64,000 nt of DNA, taken from assembly GCA_022786605.1 (NCBI GenBank), contig JALFWW010000018.1, positions 7,558-71,557 on the forward strand. Direction: 5' to 3'. This DNA comes from Clostridia bacterium (lineage in GTDB: Bacteria; Bacillota; Clostridia; Lachnospirales; Anaerotignaceae). Under the pieces are notes generated by a model, which saw only the letters and a program-made list of their open reading frames with translations, was not told where the DNA came from and did no database searches. Positions 58,349-64,000 of this stretch are shown here, one piece after another. The position numbers were made by a program, and so were the translations under genes. The first letter of the stretch is position 1. The number at the start of each line of letters is the position of its first letter.

Positions 58349-58377
58349 AGTATATGCTTTCCCAAAATCAACGTCAA
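58349..58377 (-). promoter_or_regulatory. sigma70 promoter for leader-mgtE-mgtE
   Basis: TTGACG (58372-58377), 17 bp, TATACT (58349-58354). Confidence 0.75.
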
Positions 58378-58479
58378 CCCCTTATATTCAAAAACTGGTT
58401 CGATTCTGTCCGACCTCTGACAGAAAAAGGAAAACAACACAAAATATGTCATTTTCCTTCTGTCGCTCCCACTTTTCTC

Positions 58480-58887
58480 TTATACTTCCCCGTTCTCCTG
58501 CTGCACAATCTGATAATCAAAACTGATTCTGCCGCCTGCACCAGAAGGAACCGCTTTGCATACATAATCTTTCGCAAACATGCCTGTTTTCACAGAAGTT
58601 TCTCCTTCTTCTCCCGGCGCAATGGCAACTTCCGCGTCATCATTGATAGTGATGGCGATATTTTTATCCCCCGTATTCTCAATCCAGAAATGCACGTATT
58701 CCCCATTTCCTTTCGTCAATTCCACAGTATAATTGAACTCAACGACCTCATCTTCACTCCCATCTTTGATGAGCAGACCTTCTGCCGTTTCCTGCTGTGA
58801 AGATGCCGCCTGCTGTCCACAGGAAGAAATGAGCAGTGCCGCCATTGTCAAAAACAGGATTTTCACATGCTTTTTCCTTTTTTTCAT
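58480..58887 (-). CDS. hypothetical lipoprotein
   Basis: Lipobox ISSC; Ig-like beta-rich region. Confidence 0.7.
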   Translation of the reverse strand: MKKRKKHVKILFLTMAALLISSCGQQAASSQQETAEGLLIKDGSEDEVVEFNYTVELTKGNGEYVHFWIENTGDKNIAITINDDAEVAIAPGEEGETSVKTGMFAKDYVCKAVPSGAGGRISFDYQIVQQENGEV

Positions 58888-59058
58888 AAACCATTCCCCT
58901 TTCCATGGTTTTTTCTCTCATTTTAAAAAAGTTTCTGTTCCCCAGCAATATACCATTTTCACAATGATTTTTTTGTTTCTGAGGCATATTTCACAACATG
59001 CGCCTTCTTTTTTTCGCAAAAAATCCTCTACATGCCCAGCACATAGAGGATTGGTTTT

Positions 59059-60414
59059 TTAGAATTTTTTCAGGAAATTGCCAAATTTGGTATACTGACC
59101 CATCCAAGTCAGATCAACAGTGCCCGTCGGACCATTACGCTGTTTGGCAATAATAAGTTCCGCCTGATTTTTCTTTTCCGTATCAGGGAAATAATACTCG
59201 TCACGATAGAGGAAAGCCACCACATCGGCGTCCTGCTCGATGGCACCGGATTCTCTCAGGTCGGAGAGCATAGGTCTGTGGTCCGCACGCTGTTCGCAGG
59301 CACGGGACAGCTGAGAAAGAGCAATGACCGGCGCTTCCATTTCTCTGGCGATTGCCTTGAGGGAACGGGAGATTTCGGAAATCTCCTGCTGTCTGGAATC
59401 GGTTCTGCCGTTGCCGCTCATAAGCTGCAAGTAGTCAATGACGATGAGTCCCAGACCTTTTTCCACCTTCAGACGGCGGCATTTGGAGCGCACTTCCATG
59501 GGGGTTACCCCAGGGGTATCGTCAATGTAGATAGGCGCCTGAGAAAGAGGCCCCATGGCCTGAATCAGGTCTGCCCAGTCGCTGTCTGTCAGTTCCCCTG
59601 TACGGAGCCTCTGGGCGTCCAGCATGGCTTCAGAACAAAGCATACGGTTTACCAGCTGTTCCCGGCTCATTTCCAGAGAAAATACCGCTGTAGGCACATT
59701 GCTGCGGATGGCGGCATTCTGGATAATGTTCAGGGCAAAAGCCGTTTTCCCCATGGAAGGACGTGCCGCCAGCAAAATCAGGTCAGATTTCTGCAAGCCT
59801 GCCGTTTTCTGGTCGAAGTCCACAAAACCCGTCGGTACGCCAGTCAGTTTCCCTTTGGAACGGTAGATGTCCTCGATTTTCTCGATGGAATCCACAGCAA
59901 TGTCCCGGATATGGTGGAACTGGTCAGAATGGCGGTTCTGCATGATGTCGAAAATGCCTTTTTCTGCCGTATCCATAATGGCGTTGACGTCGGTTTTGCC
60001 TTCGTAACTCATCTGGGAAATATTATTGGCCGTACGGATGAGCCGACGCAGTACGGATTTTTCCTCCACAATGGCAGCATAATGGCGCATATTGGCGGAA
60101 CTGCCCACGGAAGTGGAGATATTGGCAAGGAAAGGCAGACCACCGATCTGTTCAAAGACCTGCTTTTCCTCCAGTTTATTCTTTACGGTGATCATGTCGA
60201 TGGGCACGCCGCTGTGGTAAAGTTCTTCTGCCGCTTCAAAGACCTGTCTATGGTCGGGGCGGTAGAAATCCTCTCCTGTCAGCATTTCCAATGCCAAAGA
60301 CGCCGCTTCCCGATCCAGAAACATGGCGCCCAGCACTGCCAGCTCTGCCGCATCGTCATGGGGCGGTACATTCTGGAAGATTTCCGCCTGAGGGGCTGTA
60401 TTTTGTTGTTCCAT
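59059..60414 (-). CDS. dnaB: replicative DNA helicase
   Basis: AARPSMGKT, FSLEM, IDYLQL, LSQLSR, DLRESGAIEQDAD, KQRNGP. Confidence 0.97.
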   Translation of the reverse strand: MEQQNTAPQAEIFQNVPPHDDAAELAVLGAMFLDREAASLALEMLTGEDFYRPDHRQVFEAAEELYHSGVPIDMITVKNKLEEKQVFEQIGGLPFLANISTSVGSSANMRHYAAIVEEKSVLRRLIRTANNISQMSYEGKTDVNAIMDTAEKGIFDIMQNRHSDQFHHIRDIAVDSIEKIEDIYRSKGKLTGVPTGFVDFDQKTAGLQKSDLILLAARPSMGKTAFALNIIQNAAIRSNVPTAVFSLEMSREQLVNRMLCSEAMLDAQRLRTGELTDSDWADLIQAMGPLSQAPIYIDDTPGVTPMEVRSKCRRLKVEKGLGLIVIDYLQLMSGNGRTDSRQQEISEISRSLKAIAREMEAPVIALSQLSRACEQRADHRPMLSDLRESGAIEQDADVVAFLYRDEYYFPDTEKKNQAELIIAKQRNGPTGTVDLTWMGQYTKFGNFLKKF

Positions 60415-60444
60415 ATTTCCCGCCTCCTTTGTTTGCTGTATCAA

Positions 60445-60891
60445 TTAGGCTTCTACGATTTTTACAGTCACTTCTGCTGTTACCTTAGGGTGCAGTTTGA
60501 TGACTGCTGTTCTTTCACCCAGCATTTTGATGGAATCGCCGATGGATACTTTCTTTTTATCCAGATCCATACCTGTCTGTTTGATGATTTCTTCCGCAAC
60601 TTCTTTGTTTGTTACAGAACCGAACAGTTTGCCATTGCTGCCAGTTTTCACTTTGATGACAACAACTTTTTCATCCAGCTGTTTTTTCATTTCCTGGGCT
60701 TTTTCCAGTTCTTCCTGTTTGCGTTTTGCTTCGGCTTTCTGCTTCAGTTCATAGTCGTTCAGGTTGGATTTTGTAGCTTCTACCGCCAGTTTTTTGGGCA
60801 GCAGAAAATTTTTTGCGTAGCCTTCGCTGGCATTGATCAAGTCGCCTTTTTTGCCGACACTTTTTACATCCTGTAATAAAATCAGTTTCAT
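60445..60891 (-). CDS. rplI: 50S ribosomal protein L9
   Basis: MKLILLQDV...GYAKNFLLP, GKLFGSVT. Confidence 0.97.
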   Translation of the reverse strand: MKLILLQDVKSVGKKGDLINASEGYAKNFLLPKKLAVEATKSNLNDYELKQKAEAKRKQEELEKAQEMKKQLDEKVVVIKVKTGSNGKLFGSVTNKEVAEEIIKQTGMDLDKKKVSIGDSIKMLGERTAVIKLHPKVTAEVTVKIVEA

Positions 60892-62879
60892 TATGCTTCC
60901 TCCTCCAAATATTCTTCAATGGCTCCGCGGACTTTTTCCTTAGCTTCCTCAACGGTGCAGTCAGTAAGCTGCGCACCGGAAACCGTCAGATGACCGCCTC
61001 CACCCAGTTTTTCCATAATTCTCTGCACATTGATCTCCCCAAAGCTGCGGGCAGAAATATACACCGTATCTTCCACCTTACAGCAGACAAAGGATGCCTG
61101 AATGCCTGTGACGTTCATCAAATCGTCTGCCGCCTGTGCCGCTGTCAGTGTGGAATTTTCCACATCGGAAGGGCAAACGGAAATGGCGATATGTTCCCGG
61201 AACAGTTCCGCATCCCGGACAGCTGTGGCTTTCGCCTTGTAAGCGTCCATGTCGTTTTGGAACAGCAGCCGCACCCGAATACTGTCAGCACCATTTCTGC
61301 GAAGGAAGGCGGCGGACTCAAAGGTCATGGCGCCGGTTTTCACGCAGAAGTTTTTGGTGTCTACGGTGATGCCTGCCAGCAGGGCATCGGCTTCGATCTG
61401 ATGCAGTTTTACTTTTTTGTCCATATGCTGAATCATTTCTGTAATGAGTTCAGATGTGGACGAAGCGTAAGGCTCATGATAAATGAGCACCGCCTGTTCG
61501 ATGAAATCGGTACTCTTGCGGTGGTGGTCGAAAACGACGATTTTCTTCGCCGCCATGAGGACCTGTCTGCTGTCTACCATGGATTCCCTGTGGGTATCCA
61601 CAATGACCAGCAGTGTTTTGTCACTGATCATGCGCATGGCATCTACGCCATCCACAATGACACCGCCGAATTTGCCGCTTTCATCCATTTTATCGCAAAG
61701 GCGTTTGACACCTACGCTGACTTTATCCATGACGATATTGCATTTTTTGCCAATGCTCTTTGCCATGGCGCAGATACCGATACAAGCGCCCAAGCTGTCC
61801 AAATCGGCATTTTTATGGCCCATGACCAGAATGTCAGAAGCATCCCCCATGAGCTCCATCAAGGCGTCCGCTTTGACACGGGCACGGATACGGGCATTGC
61901 GGTGGATTTCGCCGCTTTTGCCGCCGAAGAACAGGTATTTTTCCCCGTCTTTGATGAGCACCTGATCGCCGCCGCGTCCCAGAGCCAAGTCCATAGCCGC
62001 TTTTGCGTTTGCCATGGCGTCCTCCAGAGAGCCGCCGCCGATACCGATCCCCATGCTGAGGGTCACAGGAATGTGTTCCCCTACGGAGATTTCCTTGATC
62101 TCGTTAAAAGGCTCGAATTTCTTTTCTTTCAGCCGCTCCAGACTGCCCTTAGAGAGCAGGAAAATGTAGCGGTCTTTCTCCAGTTTTTTGATAACGGCGT
62201 CTGACGCCTGTGCCAGCTGATTGAACTTTCTGTCAATGAGCGCGGAGAGGATGGGCAGTCGGTTTTCGTCGATGCTGTCCAGCACATCGTCGTAGTTGTC
62301 CAACAGGATCATGCCCACAACGGTTTCCTGTTCCGCCAGTTCTTTCTCCAACTGACAGGTTTTGGTGATATCCACCATGATGAGGGTCAGAACTGCCCCC
62401 ACAGCGCCGCTTTTGTCCACCACATCGCAGTGGTTCAGGGCGGCTTTGTAAGAACGGTCGCCTACGGTGACTCTCTGGGGTTCTCCGGCACCGCTGGTTT
62501 TCCGCAGCACTTCGATGACGGGTTTCGCGTCCTCACTATTGGGGAACACTGCCGCAAAAGGCTCGTTATACATCATGACCCTGCCACGAATGTCCAGCAC
62601 AGCGTAGGGGATGGGCAAATTTTGGGGAATGGAGAAATTTTCCCGAAGCACTGCCGTATCCAGAAAGCGGTTTTCCTCAGGGTCCTCCTGGGGTTCATCC
62701 GTAAAGAGGTCTTTGAGCAGCGGGCGCAGGAAACTGCCTGCCACGATCCCCACCAGCGCTCCTACGCCAAGGCGTACATCCAGCACCAGACAAAGGATCA
62801 CCACCAGCACAGCCACTGTCATCCCCATGATCAGCCGTCCTTCCGTCCCTTTCTTTGTTTCTTCTTTTTTTTCTTCCAT
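60891..62879 (-). CDS. gdpP: cyclic-di-AMP phosphodiesterase GdpP
   Basis: 2 TM, PAS-like region, degenerate GGDEF (RGGDQV), DLD, DHH, GGGGH. Confidence 0.93.
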   Translation of the reverse strand: MEEKKEETKKGTEGRLIMGMTVAVLVVILCLVLDVRLGVGALVGIVAGSFLRPLLKDLFTDEPQEDPEENRFLDTAVLRENFSIPQNLPIPYAVLDIRGRVMMYNEPFAAVFPNSEDAKPVIEVLRKTSGAGEPQRVTVGDRSYKAALNHCDVVDKSGAVGAVLTLIMVDITKTCQLEKELAEQETVVGMILLDNYDDVLDSIDENRLPILSALIDRKFNQLAQASDAVIKKLEKDRYIFLLSKGSLERLKEKKFEPFNEIKEISVGEHIPVTLSMGIGIGGGSLEDAMANAKAAMDLALGRGGDQVLIKDGEKYLFFGGKSGEIHRNARIRARVKADALMELMGDASDILVMGHKNADLDSLGACIGICAMAKSIGKKCNIVMDKVSVGVKRLCDKMDESGKFGGVIVDGVDAMRMISDKTLLVIVDTHRESMVDSRQVLMAAKKIVVFDHHRKSTDFIEQAVLIYHEPYASSTSELITEMIQHMDKKVKLHQIEADALLAGITVDTKNFCVKTGAMTFESAAFLRRNGADSIRVRLLFQNDMDAYKAKATAVRDAELFREHIAISVCPSDVENSTLTAAQAADDLMNVTGIQASFVCCKVEDTVYISARSFGEINVQRIMEKLGGGGHLTVSGAQLTDCTVEEAKEKVRGAIEEYLEEEA

Positions 62880-62929
62880 ATTGCAGCCTCCAAGCTGTTT
62901 GGCTTTTTCAAAAGCCTTTCTGTGACTGT

Positions 62930-63235
62930 TTATGTTTCTTCCAGTTCATGCAAAACGGTCAGCAGATCATTTTTCCATGCAGATACATCTTCCTGCACCA
63001 ACGCTGCCTTCAGGGTCATAGCCGCTTTCCGGCTCAGTCCGTCCTGAGAAATGCCCAGCCGTCCTGCCAAAAGCCGCAGACTGATCTCCAGTTTCGCCAG
63101 AAGTTCTGTCTGTTCTCCTTTGGAGGCATTGTTGTGCATGGCTGTAAACAGATCCGCCACCTGAGAGAGCATTTGGCACTGCAGCTGTTGGGTCATGCGG
63201 ATATTTCTTGCCACATCGAATGATTTTTCCGGCAC
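62930..63235 (-). CDS. MazG-like family protein
   Basis: FDVARNIRM...LAGRLGIS pattern; usual position upstream of gdpP; GTG start inferred. Confidence 0.6.
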   Translation of the reverse strand: MPEKSFDVARNIRMTQQLQCQMLSQVADLFTAMHNNASKGEQTELLAKLEISLRLLAGRLGISQDGLSRKAAMTLKAALVQEDVSAWKNDLLTVLHELEET

Positions 63236-63332
63236 AGTATCGCCTTCCTTTCTGCCTGTTTTCTGTTTATGCAGTAATATAGTATACCACAGAACCATGA
63301 TTTTCTCAACTGTTATCTGTATTCTGCCCCTC

Positions 63333-63395
63333 TTGACAAATGAAAAGACCATTGCTAGAATAATTAGGTAATCTTAATCATTAGGCAATCTTAAC
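63333..63395 (+). promoter_or_regulatory. promoter with tandem MarR-type operators
   Basis: TTGACA 63333-63338, 17 bp, TAGAAT; ATTAGGtAATCTTAAT (63363-63378) and ATTAGGcAATCTTAAC (63380-63395). Confidence 0.7.
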
Positions 63396-63424
63396 TAATT
63401 TATTATAACAGGAGGCGGTAATAG

Positions 63425-63865
63425 ATGGGCATTGGAGAAGCCATCACCAATTTTTTTCACGACATGGGTATTGTAGAGCTGCGTATCCGCAACGAACATC
63501 CGGCATACGCCAAACTCAGCTACAACAGCAGTCTGTATTTGGACATCATCGCCGCTCACCAGGGGGAATATACCCCTTCCAAACTGGCGGATATGCTCCA
63601 CATCGCACGACCTTCCGTCACCCAGAAGCTGAATGTGCTGGAAAAGGCAGGTTATGTGACCCGAAAACAGAATCCCGCTGACAAACGGGAATACTTCCTG
63701 TATCTCAACGAGAATGTATTCACCAGCGACAGCCCGTCCATCTATGCCAAACTGGGACAGCACCTGGATGAAGCCATGACACAACGCTATGCAAAGGAGG
63801 AAATCGAGAAATTCTCCGAAATGCTTTCCTACATCGGGGAAATTTGTCTTGATGACAGTTTATGA
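63425..63865 (+). CDS. MarR-family regulator
   Basis: TPSKLADMLHIARPSVTQKLNVLEKAGYV...DKR. Confidence 0.9.
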   Translation: MGIGEAITNFFHDMGIVELRIRNEHPAYAKLSYNSSLYLDIIAAHQGEYTPSKLADMLHIARPSVTQKLNVLEKAGYVTRKQNPADKREYFLYLNENVFTSDSPSIYAKLGQHLDEAMTQRYAKEEIEKFSEMLSYIGEICLDDSL

Positions 63866-64000
63866 ACGAAGTACAATTCGCAACACTACCTACCAGAAAG
63901 ATATTTTTCCGCTGTGCCCTGCCGGGGCTTTTGGCTATGGTGGTATCTTCCATCTATATGATGATCGACGGCATTTTCGTGGGACGATACATCGGCAGTC
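63862..64000 (+). CDS. MATE-family efflux transporter (5' fragment)
   Basis: ATGA overlap with marR; FFRCALPGLLAMVVSSIYMMIDGIFVGRYIG. Confidence 0.85.
   Translation, partial: MNEVQFATLPTRKIFFRCALPGLLAMVVSSIYMMIDGIFVGRYIGS

Overview
Chromosomal segment from a Clostridia-class (Lachnospirales-like, inferred) gut anaerobe; almost all genes lie on the minus strand. The left 16 kb is accessory: a partial SLH/beta-helix surface protein not in the ORF track, apbE, a 2-aminoethylphosphonate operon (ABC transporter, phnW, phnX) and a 1463-aa double-vWA SLH adhesin. The adhesin sits downstream of the main finding, an apparent phase-variation switch. An intact tyrosine recombinase (14941-15789) is followed by a ~285-bp segment bounded by two inverted 10-6-10 recombinase-type sites. 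The segment carries a sigma70 promoter currently pointing away from the adhesin and a terminator facing it. Between the segment and the adhesin lies a second, catalytically dead recombinase paralogue (13847-14656). The rest is mostly housekeeping (gpsA-plsY-der, pgeF, rnhB-yraN fusion, rnj, ruvX, mtaB, mtnN, lon/lonB/engB, dnaB-rplI-gdpP), interspersed with an esterase/acyltransferase operon, a Zn/Cd P-type ATPase with ArsR, a BlaI plus M56-LCP fusion, an ECF sigma operon, tandem mgtE genes behind a proline-containing leader ORF and attenuator, and a dispersed palindromic intergenic repeat family. No rRNA, tRNA or CRISPR array was seen. All calls come from reading the sequence; no database searches were run.
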